From a virus: a stretch of DNA of 64,000 bases. Location: IMG/VR virus record IMGVR_UViG_3300007734_000759, positions 87,154 through 151,153 of that record. One strand, 5' to 3'. Every line of letters starts with the position of its first letter. The stretch's first letter is position 1. Of the stretch, positions 21,363 through 31,857 are shown piece by piece. The translations under genes and the position numbers were made by a program. Under the pieces are notes generated by a model. That model saw only the letters and a list, made by a program, of their open reading frames with translations, was not told the origin of the DNA and did no database searches.

Positions 21363-21606
21363 GATCACGGAAGCAGTTATCGAGGACTTAAAGTCTCGAA
21401 GTGAGAGAGGTATTAAGAAGTACAACACAACTTTGGACCAGAATAACAAAGACAACTACATGCAACACGCATACGAAGAAGCCTTGGATCTGGCTCAGTA
21501 CCTCAAAAAGGAAATGTCTATCATTCCAGATCTACAACAGATGATGATGGATTATCCAAACGATATTGAATTTGCTCAGGCAGTTCGTAAAAAGTATTCT
21601 AAGTAA
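21343..21606 (+). CDS. Small all-alpha protein, possibly NTP pyrophosphohydrolase (MazG-like)
   Basis: RGIKKY...L...HAYEEALDLAQY with an EExxD helix. Confidence 0.4.
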   Translation: MDQLKDKITEAVIEDLKSRSERGIKKYNTTLDQNNKDNYMQHAYEEALDLAQYLKKEMSIIPDLQQMMMDYPNDIEFAQAVRKKYSK

Positions 21607-22535
21607 TGGCAAAGAAAGTACCTTCTGCTGTAAAGCAAATACAAAACCATATATTGATGGAGCAAGGAGAGACTAAAGCAATCTCATTCTCTCAAATGCA
21701 GACATATTTAACCTGCCCTCACAAATGGGATTTGCAGTACCGGCAGAAGTTACTTCCTTTTGAACAGTCAATACATACAACTTTTGGAACAAGCTTCCAC
21801 GAGCTGATGCAACACTACTTGACAACTCTATACACAGAGACAGCTAAAGCAGCAGATCAAATCGATGCACAGCAGTACTTACTTGAAAGACTGCAACACA
21901 ATTACAGAGAGGGTGTAGAGCAGAACGGAGAACACTACTCAACCAAACAACAACTTGCAGAGTTCTATGAAGATGGTTTAGCTATCTTCGAATGGTTTCG
22001 TAAAAAAAGAACTGCATACTTCACAACTAAAGGTTGGCATTTAGTAGGAGTTGAGATTCCGTTACTAACCCCTGCGTTTGACAGTAATCCTAACGTGTTA
22101 TACAAAGGATTTATCGATTTGGTGATGTACGATGAGGGTAGTGAGAAATATTACATCTACGACATCAAAACATCTACAAGAGGATGGGGAGATAGAGAAA
22201 AGAAAGATCCAACCAAAGTAGCACAAGTACTCCTATATAAAAAGTACTACGCTCAGCAATTTAACGTTAGTGAGGATCAAATCGAAGTAGAATTCTTTAT
22301 TGTTAAGAGGAAGCTGATGGAGAACTGCGACTTTCCTCAAAAAAGAGTTCAGCTATTTAAACCTACACAAGGAGCAGCCAAGGTAAAGGCAGCAGTACAA
22401 TTAGTACATGACTTCATCACTGACTGTTTCGATGAGCAAGGTAAACCTATTGAAAAGGAATATACAAAGAATCTTAATGAGTATTCTTGTAAGTTTTGTC
22501 CATTTTTAGATCGAAATGATCTATGTAGTAAATGA
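21606..22535 (+). CDS. PD-(D/E)XK RecB/Cas4-like exonuclease
   Basis: SFSQ...CP, GTSFHE, GFIDLV, IYDIKT, Q...Y, CKFCPF...C. Confidence 0.85.
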   Translation: MAKKVPSAVKQIQNHILMEQGETKAISFSQMQTYLTCPHKWDLQYRQKLLPFEQSIHTTFGTSFHELMQHYLTTLYTETAKAADQIDAQQYLLERLQHNYREGVEQNGEHYSTKQQLAEFYEDGLAIFEWFRKKRTAYFTTKGWHLVGVEIPLLTPAFDSNPNVLYKGFIDLVMYDEGSEKYYIYDIKTSTRGWGDREKKDPTKVAQVLLYKKYYAQQFNVSEDQIEVEFFIVKRKLMENCDFPQKRVQLFKPTQGAAKVKAAVQLVHDFITDCFDEQGKPIEKEYTKNLNEYSCKFCPFLDRNDLCSK

Positions 22536-22574
22536 TAAAACATATATATTTATATATAAATAACTGTTACGAAC

Positions 22575-22751
22575 ATGGATACCAAAGGAAGAGTTTTAAC
22601 AAGTGTGAAGGTCGATAAAGACATCTTCGAAGAGTACAAAGTAGCTTGTGTCAAGTACAAATTTAATTTTCAGAAGCTTGCCGATAGAGCAATGCATCTT
22701 TATCTAACAGACGAGGACTTTAGAAGAAAATTAAATAGTCATAAGTTGTAA
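22575..22751 (+). CDS. Ribbon-helix-helix-like DNA-binding protein (58 aa, absent from the ORF track)
   Basis: MDTKGRVLTSVKVDKDIFEEYKVACVKYKFNFQKLADRAMHLYLTDEDFRRKLNSHKL; beta strand then two helices; preceded by TATTTATA. Confidence 0.6.
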   Translation: MDTKGRVLTSVKVDKDIFEEYKVACVKYKFNFQKLADRAMHLYLTDEDFRRKLNSHKL

Positions 22752-22793
22752 GTATTAAATTTAGTTACTATATTAGTTTTATAAATCAAATTT

Positions 22794-24227
22794 ATGGAAA
22801 TGAAACAGGGTTATATCCCAAAAAATCAAAGAAAGAAAATCTTACTGATGTGCGATGATATTCGAATGCACTCAGGAGTGGCTAACGTAGGTAAGGATTT
22901 AGTTATCCATCTAGCACATAAGTACAATTGGCTCAACATTGGAGGAGCAATTAACCACCCTGAGGCAGGACAAAAGCTGGATATTTCACAAGACACTAAT
23001 AAACTAGCAGGCATTGAAGATTCTGAGGTATTCGTAATTCCCTCTAACGGGTACGGAGATCAAATGTTCCTTCGTCAAATCTTACAAATTGAGAAACCGG
23101 ATGCTATCTTTTTAATTACCGATCCTAGATACTGGGCTTGGTTATTCGCAATGGAAAATGAAATTCGTAAGAATATACCAATTGTTTACTTAAACATCTG
23201 GGATGATTATCCTGCACCACAATACAATGAAGCGTTTTACGAATCTTGTGATGCTCTTCTTGCAATTTCAAAACAGACTAAGAATATCAATGAGATTGTA
23301 TTAGGAGCAAAAGCTAAAAGTAAAATTATTGAGTATGTTCCTCATGGGATAAATGAAAATAATTTCTTTCCTATTAGTACTACTGATATTGAATACAATA
23401 ATTTTAAAAATAGATTATTAGGAGGTGAGAAGGATTTTGTATTACTATTCAATTCTCGAAACATTCGTAGAAAACAAATCGCAGACACAATCTTAGCATA
23501 TAAACATTTTATTGACGGACTATCGGAAGAGCAAGCTAAAAAATGTGCTTTTGTATTGCATACACAACCAGTGGATGAGAATGGAACTGATCTGTATGCA
23601 GTTAAAGAATATTTCTGCTCCGATGAAAAGTACAACATTATATTCTCAGATAAGCCACTTCCTCCTAAAGAGATGAACTACCTATACAACATGGCAGATG
23701 CTACTATCTTATTAACTTCTAACGAAGGTTGGGGATTGGCATTGACAGAGAGTTTAGTAGCAGGTACTTGCATTATCGCAAACGTAACAGGAGGTATGCA
23801 AGATCAAATGCGATTTGTAGATAAGAAAGGAAAATGGATTAACTTCACACCTGAGTTCCCATCTAACCATAGAGGAACCTTTAAGAAGTGTGGAGAGTGG
23901 GCATTTCCTGTATTTCCAACTAACTTATCAATTCAAGGGTCGGTTCCTACACCTTACATCTTCGACGATAGATGTTCTTGGGAGGACGCTGCTAAGCAAA
24001 TAAAAGCAGTATACAGTTTACCAAAGCAAGAAAGAATTGAAAGAGGTTTGAAAGGTAGAGAATGGGCTACAGGAGATGAAGCAGGATTCACAGCCGAGAA
24101 GATGGCAAAACGAGCTGAGAACGCTATGGAGGAGTTGTTTGAAACTTGGAAACCACGAAAGAAGTATGAACTAGTGGCTGACACAGATTATACTAAGAAA
24201 ACCCTTAAACATAATTTGATTTATTAA
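22794..24227 (+). CDS. Glycosyltransferase, GT-B (GT4-like)
   Basis: HSGVA, VPHGIN, RNIRRK, LYN.AD, EGWGLALTESL. Confidence 0.85.
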   Translation: MEMKQGYIPKNQRKKILLMCDDIRMHSGVANVGKDLVIHLAHKYNWLNIGGAINHPEAGQKLDISQDTNKLAGIEDSEVFVIPSNGYGDQMFLRQILQIEKPDAIFLITDPRYWAWLFAMENEIRKNIPIVYLNIWDDYPAPQYNEAFYESCDALLAISKQTKNINEIVLGAKAKSKIIEYVPHGINENNFFPISTTDIEYNNFKNRLLGGEKDFVLLFNSRNIRRKQIADTILAYKHFIDGLSEEQAKKCAFVLHTQPVDENGTDLYAVKEYFCSDEKYNIIFSDKPLPPKEMNYLYNMADATILLTSNEGWGLALTESLVAGTCIIANVTGGMQDQMRFVDKKGKWINFTPEFPSNHRGTFKKCGEWAFPVFPTNLSIQGSVPTPYIFDDRCSWEDAAKQIKAVYSLPKQERIERGLKGREWATGDEAGFTAEKMAKRAENAMEELFETWKPRKKYELVADTDYTKKTLKHNLIY

Positions 24228-24228
24228 T

Positions 24229-25554
24229 ATGAAACCAGTATTTGTAATAAGCTGCCCTATCGATACCTACTCAGGATACGGAGCTCGTTCTAGAGACTTA
24301 GTCAAAGCAGTTATAGACTTAGATAAGTATGATGTAAAAATAGCACCACAACGATGGGGAAATACTCCTTGGAACTTTATTGAAGATCATAAAGAGCAGT
24401 GGGGATTCTTAAAAAAATATTTTCTAAACTCTCCTCAACTCAACAAGCAGCCAGAAGTATGGATGCAGATCACTGTACCAAACGAGTTTCAACCTATCGG
24501 AAAGTTTAATATAGGGGTGACAGCGGGTATTGAGACAACAATCTGTGATGCTTCATGGATCCAAGGATTGAACCGTATGAACTTAAATTTAGTCTCCTCA
24601 AATCACGCTAAGCAAGTATTTATGGAATCTAAATACGAGCAAAGGGATCAAAACACTCACCAAGTGGTAGGCATAGTAGAGTTGAATAAACCTGTAAAAG
24701 TGTTAATGGAAGGAGCTCATTTAGATGTCTATAAACACCTCAATTGGGAAGACATGACCAACCCAATTCCAGAACTAGACTCTATTACAGAAGATTTTTG
24801 CTACCTTGTTGTAGGTCATTGGATGCAAGGAGACTTAGGAGAGGATAGAAAGAATATAGGACTAACAGTAAAATCTTTTTACGAAACGTTTAAGAATAGG
24901 GAAAAAGCTCCTGCATTAATTTTAAAAACTAGCAGCATAGGAGCATCTTATATGGACCGTAGTGATATACTACGTAGGATAAACATTATACGAGATTCTG
25001 TTAAAGCAACAACTTTACCAAAAGTATACTTGCTCCATGGCGAGTTCTCCGATACAGAGATGAATATTATATATAATCATCCTAAGGTTAAAGCAATGGT
25101 TAGTTTGACTAAGGGTGAAGGTTTTGGGAGACCCTTACTAGAATTCTCATTGACTAAAAAACCAATCATAGCAACAGGTTGGTCGGGCCACACAGACTTC
25201 CTGGATCCTGAATATACTAATCTACTAACAGGAGAGCTTAAAAACGTACATCCATCAGCAGCAATACAGTCTATGATTCTTCAAGAGTCTCAATGGCTGT
25301 CTGTAGATGTGCAGCAGGTAGCAGCCACACTTATGGATGTTTTTACAAACTATGATAAACAGCTATCTAAAGCAAAGAGACAGTACCATAGGTCTAAATC
25401 CAAATTCAGCTACGAAGCAATGGCAACTGATTTAGGATACATCTTGGATAGATACCTTCCAGAGTTTCCAAAACCTTTGCAACTGAAGTTACCCCAGCTT
25501 AAAAAAATTGAATTACCTAAGCTTAAAAAAGTAGAAGAAAATGAAAAAGGATAA
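24229..25554 (+). CDS. Glycosyltransferase, GT-B (GT4-like)
   Basis: SGYG, RKNI, GEGFGRPLLE, PIIATGWSG. Confidence 0.8.
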   Translation: MKPVFVISCPIDTYSGYGARSRDLVKAVIDLDKYDVKIAPQRWGNTPWNFIEDHKEQWGFLKKYFLNSPQLNKQPEVWMQITVPNEFQPIGKFNIGVTAGIETTICDASWIQGLNRMNLNLVSSNHAKQVFMESKYEQRDQNTHQVVGIVELNKPVKVLMEGAHLDVYKHLNWEDMTNPIPELDSITEDFCYLVVGHWMQGDLGEDRKNIGLTVKSFYETFKNREKAPALILKTSSIGASYMDRSDILRRINIIRDSVKATTLPKVYLLHGEFSDTEMNIIYNHPKVKAMVSLTKGEGFGRPLLEFSLTKKPIIATGWSGHTDFLDPEYTNLLTGELKNVHPSAAIQSMILQESQWLSVDVQQVAATLMDVFTNYDKQLSKAKRQYHRSKSKFSYEAMATDLGYILDRYLPEFPKPLQLKLPQLKKIELPKLKKVEENEKG

Positions 25555-26005
25555 TATGGTAACATGCAATCGCTGTGGAGGTGATGCTTGCTATGAAAAT
25601 AAAGTTAATGAATCTTTTACAACATATTGGTGTTTCGGATGTGGTTTTACATCCAACACCTTTATGCTTGAGGACCATGAATTTTTTCTAAACCAGAAAG
25701 AAATTCTACCTGAGTTGTACAAGGATTTACTTTTTTACGATAAAGATCGCTACATTTGGATGCCTTCTAATACAAATATTCCAACCAAGGGTATGGTATT
25801 TTTAGATGGTCCTTCTAAGGATGATTGGTGGTGGAGCGCTGTATTAGCAGTACCTGTGAAGGATGAGGAAAAAGAAAAGTTCCCTATCCCCAGCCAAAAA
25901 GGAAAGTATTACTCTCATAGAGTAGATATGACTACTTTAAAGAAATATTCACATAGTGATTATATGGATGCATTGGACTACATTGGAATTTTTGACGAGC
26001 AATGA
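25541..26005 (+). CDS. Zn-ribbon hypothetical protein
   Basis: CNRC...CFGC. Confidence 0.55.
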   Translation: MKKDNMVTCNRCGGDACYENKVNESFTTYWCFGCGFTSNTFMLEDHEFFLNQKEILPELYKDLLFYDKDRYIWMPSNTNIPTKGMVFLDGPSKDDWWWSAVLAVPVKDEEKEKFPIPSQKGKYYSHRVDMTTLKKYSHSDYMDALDYIGIFDEQ

Positions 26006-26634
26006 AGATTACATACGCAATAACAGCTTGTGATGAGCATAAGGAGCTAGAAAGGCTCCTTAGCTTTTTACAAGATAATATAGACGAGCAGGACGAGATT
26101 ATAGTACAGCTTGATGCCGAAAATGCAACACCGGCTGTGATAAACGTTTGTCAAGCAGCTTTTAATCGTGATACAAAGGTTTATTTTAACTATACATACT
26201 TTGCATTGGAAAAAGATTTTGCATCGTTTAAAAACAATCTATTTAATTTTTCCAAAGGAGATTTTATCTTTCAGATTGATGCTGATGAAATGCCGAGCAT
26301 TGAGTTGATTTGCAATCTCAGACCTTTACTGGAGAGCAATCCCGACAACGAAGTGTATTTAGTTCCAAGAATCAATACAGTCGATGGACTTACTACAGAG
26401 CATATTATGAAGTGGGGGTGGAGATTGGACGAAAAAGGAAGAGTAAATTTTCCAGATTACCAGTGGCGGATTTACAAAAATTGTTCGTATATTAAATGGA
26501 AGAACAAAGTACATGAAGTTTTAGAAGGGTTCAAAACATATGCAGCATTACCGGCAGAGGATGGGTGGTGTTTAGTTCATCCAAAGAATATTAAAAGACA
26601 GGAAGCACAGAATAGTTTTTATAATAATTTATGA
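26002..26634 (+). CDS. Glycosyltransferase, GT2-like
   Basis: IDADE, PRIN, PDYQWRI, VHE. Confidence 0.8.
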   Translation: MKITYAITACDEHKELERLLSFLQDNIDEQDEIIVQLDAENATPAVINVCQAAFNRDTKVYFNYTYFALEKDFASFKNNLFNFSKGDFIFQIDADEMPSIELICNLRPLLESNPDNEVYLVPRINTVDGLTTEHIMKWGWRLDEKGRVNFPDYQWRIYKNCSYIKWKNKVHEVLEGFKTYAALPAEDGWCLVHPKNIKRQEAQNSFYNNL

Positions 26635-27632
26635 AAAAAGCAGTAGTATTAGGAGGCGGTGGATTCATCGGAGGCCACTTAGCTAAAAGATTAAAACAAG
26701 AAGGGTATTGGGTTCGTATAGTGGATATTAAAAAACATGAATATTTTAACCATAATGATATTTGTCACGAGTTTATATTAGGAGATTTGAGAGATCCTGC
26801 GGTAGTCTCTCATGTAATCGATCAAGAGATTGACGAGCTATACCAACTAGCAGCTGATATGGGAGGTGCGGGATACATTTTTACAGGAGATAACGACGCA
26901 AACGTAATGCACAACTCAGCTCTAATTAATTTAAACGTTGCCCTCGAGGCAACTAAAAAGAATGTAAAGAAGATATTCTACTCATCATCAGCTTGCATGT
27001 ATCCTGAATATAATCAAATGGATCCTGATAACCCAAACTGTGAGGAAGCCTCCGCATACCCAGCTAATCCGGATTCAGAGTATGGATGGGAAAAGTTATT
27101 TAGTGAGAGATTATTTTTAGCGTTTAATCGTAATTACAAGTTGGATGTTCGAATAGCTCGCTTTCATAACATATTCGGACCTTATGGTACTTGGAGAGGT
27201 GGTAAAGAGAAAGCACCAGCAGCTATGTGCCGTAAAGCAGCTGAAGCGCAAGATGGAGAAGAGGTTGAGGTGTGGGGAGATGGACTACAAACGAGATCTT
27301 TTCTGTATATTGATGAATGCCTTGAGATGGTACTTAGATTAATGAGACAAGATGGATTCACGGGACCCGTCAACATCGGTTCAGAAGAGATGGTCACAAT
27401 TAATCAGCTTGCAAAGCTTGCCATTGAAGCTTCTAATAAGGATATTACTATTAATAACATCAGCGGAGAAGAATTCAAAGCTAAGTATGGATTTAAGTGT
27501 CCTATAGGTGTTAGAGGAAGAAACTCTGATAACAAATTATATAAAGAAAAAATAGGGTGGGAACCGACTCAACCACTCTATGAGGGTATGTTGAAAACGT
27601 TCGAATGGATAAATAAACAAGTAAATAAATGA
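26631..27632 (+). CDS. GDP-mannose 3,5-epimerase-like NAD-dependent epimerase
   Basis: GGGGFIG, AADMGGAG, SSACMY, YGWEK, EKAPAA. Confidence 0.85.
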   Translation: MKKAVVLGGGGFIGGHLAKRLKQEGYWVRIVDIKKHEYFNHNDICHEFILGDLRDPAVVSHVIDQEIDELYQLAADMGGAGYIFTGDNDANVMHNSALINLNVALEATKKNVKKIFYSSSACMYPEYNQMDPDNPNCEEASAYPANPDSEYGWEKLFSERLFLAFNRNYKLDVRIARFHNIFGPYGTWRGGKEKAPAAMCRKAAEAQDGEEVEVWGDGLQTRSFLYIDECLEMVLRLMRQDGFTGPVNIGSEEMVTINQLAKLAIEASNKDITINNISGEEFKAKYGFKCPIGVRGRNSDNKLYKEKIGWEPTQPLYEGMLKTFEWINKQVNK

Positions 27633-28624
27633 AAAAAAGAGCACTCATTACAGGCATCACAGGACAAGATGGTTCTTACTTGGCTGAGTTTTTGTTGGAA
27701 AAAGATTACGAAGTGTGGGGCATAGTTAGAAGACAATCTACTTCTAACACACATAACATAGAACATCTGTTAGATAAAATTAATTTAGTATACGCTGATT
27801 TAACAGACCTAGCTTCCTTACAATCAGCTATAATAAAATCAAATCCTCATGAAATTTACAATTTAGCAGCTCAAAGCCATGTAACTGTTAGTTATGAAAA
27901 CCCTATTTATACTACAAATGTAGTAGCCATAGGTACTTTAAATTTACTAGAAGCTATAAGAAATTACGTCCCCTACGCTAAATTATACCAGGCAGGGACT
28001 TCTGAGATGTTCGGTAACTCTATAGATTCTGATGGGTTTCAAAGAGAAACTACACAATTTAAACCAGCTAATCCATACGCTTGTGGAAAAGTGTTTTGTT
28101 ATAATATTTGTAAAAATTATAGAAATGCATATAATTTATTTATAAGTAATGGTATTTTATTTAATCACGAATCACCAAGAAGAGGTGAAGAATTTGTAAC
28201 AAGTAAAGTAGTTAGAGAAGCAGTTAAAATATCTCAAGGATTAGAAACAGAGCTTCACTTAGGAACATTATCCACATCAAGAGATTGGGGTCATGCTAAA
28301 GACTATGTTAAAGCTATGTGGATGATACTCCAACATGATGAACCAGATGATTTTGTTTGCTCTACAGGAATAACATATACTGTAGAGTATTTATGTGATT
28401 ATGTGTTTAAAAAATTAGGATTAGATTATAAGCAGCATGTAGTACTAGATCCTAACTACTCTCGCCCAGAGGAAACCCACCATTTAAAAGGAGACTGCTC
28501 TAAGTTAAAATTAGTGTTAGGTTGGAAACCTGAGTATACTTTTGAAAGTTTATTAGATGAAATGATTGAGTATTACCAAAATAAACTTCCTTTAAGGTTA
28601 TCTGATACGCATGGATGGAGATGA
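27629..28624 (+). CDS. gmd: GDP-mannose 4,6-dehydratase
   Basis: ITGITGQDGSYL, NLAAQSHV, TSEMFG, NHESPRRG, RDWGHA. Confidence 0.9.
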   Translation: MKKRALITGITGQDGSYLAEFLLEKDYEVWGIVRRQSTSNTHNIEHLLDKINLVYADLTDLASLQSAIIKSNPHEIYNLAAQSHVTVSYENPIYTTNVVAIGTLNLLEAIRNYVPYAKLYQAGTSEMFGNSIDSDGFQRETTQFKPANPYACGKVFCYNICKNYRNAYNLFISNGILFNHESPRRGEEFVTSKVVREAVKISQGLETELHLGTLSTSRDWGHAKDYVKAMWMILQHDEPDDFVCSTGITYTVEYLCDYVFKKLGLDYKQHVVLDPNYSRPEETHHLKGDCSKLKLVLGWKPEYTFESLLDEMIEYYQNKLPLRLSDTHGWR

Positions 28625-28642
28625 CAAATATAATTTGAATAT

Positions 28643-29386
28643 ATGATAAACGATAAATTAAATAGTAAAATATGCTTAGTCTTCCAACCTCTTGGAATAG
28701 GAGATGTATTTTTTTGTCAAGCTATAGGTAAACATTTTATAGAAAAAGGATATAGAGTAGTATGGCCTTTAGCTTCCCATATAATGTATATTACTGATTA
28801 TATTGAAACTTATGGTATAGAATATGTAGATAGAGAAAGTGATTTCCCTAAAAAAGATTTTTATGTTGAACAAAATCCTTTAGTATTAGAAGAAGATTTT
28901 GTTTTTTTACCATTAGCTAATGCTTCTCATCGAGTGCCTAATTCCTCTCTTATGTATGCTAAATATGAATTAGTTGGATTAGATTTTAAAATTTGGAAAG
29001 ATTCTTTTACAATCAAAAGAAATGTAGAAAGAGAAAATAATCTATATTACAATGTATTAGGACTAAAAGAAGATGAAGAATATGTTTTCTTAAATAGAAA
29101 ATGGGGTACCCCACCTTATTACAACGAAGCACCATTTAGTGTGGATACAGATCTTAAAACAGTTGAAATGCAATTTATCCCAGGAGATAATATATTTGAT
29201 TGGTTAAAGGTTATAGAAAACGCTTCTATGATAGTTACAGTTGATACAAGTTACTTGCTTTTAATGGAAAAATTAGATAATATAAAATCAACAGCTTTTT
29301 ATTGTTATCCAAGAAGTGGTACTTTAGATTTTGTTCCTATCATAGAAAAAATGTATAGCATAGATTGGCAATACTTTGTAAAATAG
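28643..29386 (+). CDS. GT9-like glycosyltransferase (paralog of 30735)
   Basis: QPLGIGD, DWLKVIENA...TVDTS. Confidence 0.55.
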   Translation: MINDKLNSKICLVFQPLGIGDVFFCQAIGKHFIEKGYRVVWPLASHIMYITDYIETYGIEYVDRESDFPKKDFYVEQNPLVLEEDFVFLPLANASHRVPNSSLMYAKYELVGLDFKIWKDSFTIKRNVERENNLYYNVLGLKEDEEYVFLNRKWGTPPYYNEAPFSVDTDLKTVEMQFIPGDNIFDWLKVIENASMIVTVDTSYLLLMEKLDNIKSTAFYCYPRSGTLDFVPIIEKMYSIDWQYFVK

Positions 29387-31325
29387 TATATTAATAATAA
29401 ATAAATATGAAGAAATTAACAGAATTAGGAAACCATTATGTATCTGATTTCATTAAAAATGAATCTGATTATGTGAATAGAAAAAAATACAGTTTAGATG
29501 TTTACCTAGATGAAACAATAGGAGCAGCCAGATTAAAAGAAATAGCGCCTTCCGACTCTATGTGGGGGCAATACTGGTACCGATCAGGCATTAATGCTAC
29601 CATGACTAAAGAATTAAGTAGTATAGTTACTGAAATTACATCTAGGATTAAATATAATCGAGGTGATATTTGGTTAGATATTGCATGTAATGATGGAACT
29701 TTACTCAAACAGATACCTAATGACTTTATTAAATTAGGTATAGATCCATGTGATGATTCTTTTTATAAAGAAGCTAGTCAATATGGTACTATTACTCAAG
29801 ATTATTTTAGTTATAATGCCTATCAAAAAACTGGATATGGAGATAAAAAAGCAAAAGTAATTACAACTATAGCTATGTTTTATGATTTGGATAATGCTAA
29901 TCCATTTATTGAGGATATAAATAAAGTATTAGATGATAACGGTCTATGGGTCATACAGCTATCTTATACTCCTTTAATGCTACAACAATTAGCTTTTGAT
30001 AACATATGTCATGAACATATTTACTATCACTCTTTAAATAGTATCAAAAACTTAATAGTACCTCATAACTTAAAAATAGTAGATGCTAGTTTAAATGATG
30101 TTAATGGAGGAAGTATACGAATTTATATGCAAAAAAATATTGCTAAAGAATCATCATTTGCTACTGGACCTCTTAGAGATGTATGTAATTTTAGAGTTCA
30201 ATCTTTATTAGAATATGAAAACACTAAATTTGATATCAGCAAACCAGAAGTATGGGAAGAGTTTAATGAAAAAATTACAGCGTTAAAAGAACAAACTGTT
30301 AATTTTATTAAAGAAGAAAAAGCTAAAGGTAAAATAATTTGTGGGTATGGAGCATCAACTAAAGGAAATACATTGCTACAATGGTTTGGATTAGATCATA
30401 CTTTAATTGATGCTATTGCTGAACGCTCACCTTATAAATTTGGATTAAAAACCATTGGAACTAATATCCCTATTAAATCTGAAGAAGAAGTTAGAGCCAT
30501 GAACCCAGATTATATGTTAGTTTTACCTTGGCATTTTATTTCTGAGTTTATTCAACGTGAAGATGAATTTTTATCTAAAGGAGGAAAATTTATAGTACCG
30601 TGCCCTCAATTTGAAATTTATAAAAAATAAAAAATTATGTCTAATAATAATTGGAAAGAATTTATAGGAGAAAATATTGAATTACGTGACCATAGTGAAA
30701 AATATTTTAATTTATTTACAAAATTTTTATCTTAATGGACCATAGTTTAATAAAAACAATTCTAATAAAACAACCAGCAGGTTTAGGAGATATATTTTTC
30801 TGCCAAAAAATAGCACATGCTTTATATAATAAATATAAATGTAATATTATTTGGCCAGTAATACCAGAGTTTATATGGGTTAAAGAATATATTCAGGTAC
30901 CTTTTATACAATTTGTAGATATAGAATCTAATTTTTTATTTAAAGAAGCTTTTGACAATATAAATGATGTTTCTTATATTTTCTCATTGCAAGATTGTTT
31001 AGTAATTCCTCTACAAAGAGCAGACTGGGCTATACCTGGATCAGTTATGGAAGCTAAATATAAATTTATAGGATTAGACTTTGATGATTGGACTAATTAC
31101 TTTACAATTAAAAGAAATGTAGAAAGAGAAAATAATCTATATTACAATGTATTAGGACTAAAAGAAGATGAAGAATATGTTTTCTTAAATAGAAACTTTG
31201 CTTCTCCTCCTAATACTAAAAAAATAACAAACATAGAATACTTTGGTGATAAAAAAACAGTTGAAATGCAATTTATCCCAGGAGATAATGTATTTGATTG
31301 GTTAAAGGTTATAGAAAATGCTTCT
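29006..31325 (+). repeat. Two near-identical patches shared by the paralogous GT genes
   Basis: 29006-29100 vs 31101-31195 (95 nt, 1 mismatch); 29156-29227 vs 31254-31325 (72 nt, 2 mismatches). Confidence 0.9.
29407..30630 (+). CDS. NDP-sugar C-methyltransferase
   Basis: LDIACNDGTLL, FDNICHEH, NGGSIR, YGASTKGNTLL, LPWHF. Confidence 0.85.
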   Translation: MKKLTELGNHYVSDFIKNESDYVNRKKYSLDVYLDETIGAARLKEIAPSDSMWGQYWYRSGINATMTKELSSIVTEITSRIKYNRGDIWLDIACNDGTLLKQIPNDFIKLGIDPCDDSFYKEASQYGTITQDYFSYNAYQKTGYGDKKAKVITTIAMFYDLDNANPFIEDINKVLDDNGLWVIQLSYTPLMLQQLAFDNICHEHIYYHSLNSIKNLIVPHNLKIVDASLNDVNGGSIRIYMQKNIAKESSFATGPLRDVCNFRVQSLLEYENTKFDISKPEVWEEFNEKITALKEQTVNFIKEEKAKGKIICGYGASTKGNTLLQWFGLDHTLIDAIAERSPYKFGLKTIGTNIPIKSEEEVRAMNPDYMLVLPWHFISEFIQREDEFLSKGGKFIVPCPQFEIYKK

Positions 31326-31487
31326 GAAATTTATACTGTAGAAACTTCTATATGTTATTTTATAGAAAAATTAGATTGCAAGTCAAAACAAATAAACCTT
31401 TATTCAAGAGATAGAGAACTTAATTTTGATTATATTAAAAATATTTTTAACAAAAATTATATATACTATGAAGGTAGATGTGCCTAA
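30735..31487 (+). CDS. GT9-like glycosyltransferase (paralog of 28643)
   Basis: QPAGLGD, DWLKVIENA...TVETS. Confidence 0.55.
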   Translation: MDHSLIKTILIKQPAGLGDIFFCQKIAHALYNKYKCNIIWPVIPEFIWVKEYIQVPFIQFVDIESNFLFKEAFDNINDVSYIFSLQDCLVIPLQRADWAIPGSVMEAKYKFIGLDFDDWTNYFTIKRNVERENNLYYNVLGLKEDEEYVFLNRNFASPPNTKKITNIEYFGDKKTVEMQFIPGDNVFDWLKVIENASEIYTVETSICYFIEKLDCKSKQINLYSRDRELNFDYIKNIFNKNYIYYEGRCA

Positions 31488-31845
31488 TGGAGAAATTGTA
31501 GATAAAATTACAATACTAGAACTTAAGCAAAAACATATAAAAGATCCTATTAAATTATTAAATATTAAAAAAGAATTAGAATCTTTAATGGAATATTATC
31601 CTTTTATAATAAATGATTCTAACAAAAAATTCTATATAGACTTATATGAAATTAATTCTAAATTATGGAATATTGAAGATCAAATTCGAAAAAAAGAATA
31701 CAATAAAGAATTTGATGAGGAATTTATATCTCTTGCTAGAAGTGTTTATGTGTGTAATGATAAAAGAGCTAAAATAAAATATGATATAAATATATCTACT
31801 TCATCTAATTTAATAGAAGAAAAACAATATTCTTCTTATTTATAA
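31468..31845 (+). CDS. DUF6165-like protein
   Basis: GEIVDKITILELK...LWNIEDQIR...NDKRAKIK..IN. Confidence 0.7.
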   Translation: MKVDVPNGEIVDKITILELKQKHIKDPIKLLNIKKELESLMEYYPFIINDSNKKFYIDLYEINSKLWNIEDQIRKKEYNKEFDEEFISLARSVYVCNDKRAKIKYDINISTSSNLIEEKQYSSYL

Positions 31846-31857
31846 ATTATAAAAAAC

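Noticed and set aside
21606-22535. Cas4 as evidence of CRISPR-Cas
   Set aside because: Solo RecB/Cas4-like nucleases are common phage genes; no cas1/cas2 or array nearby
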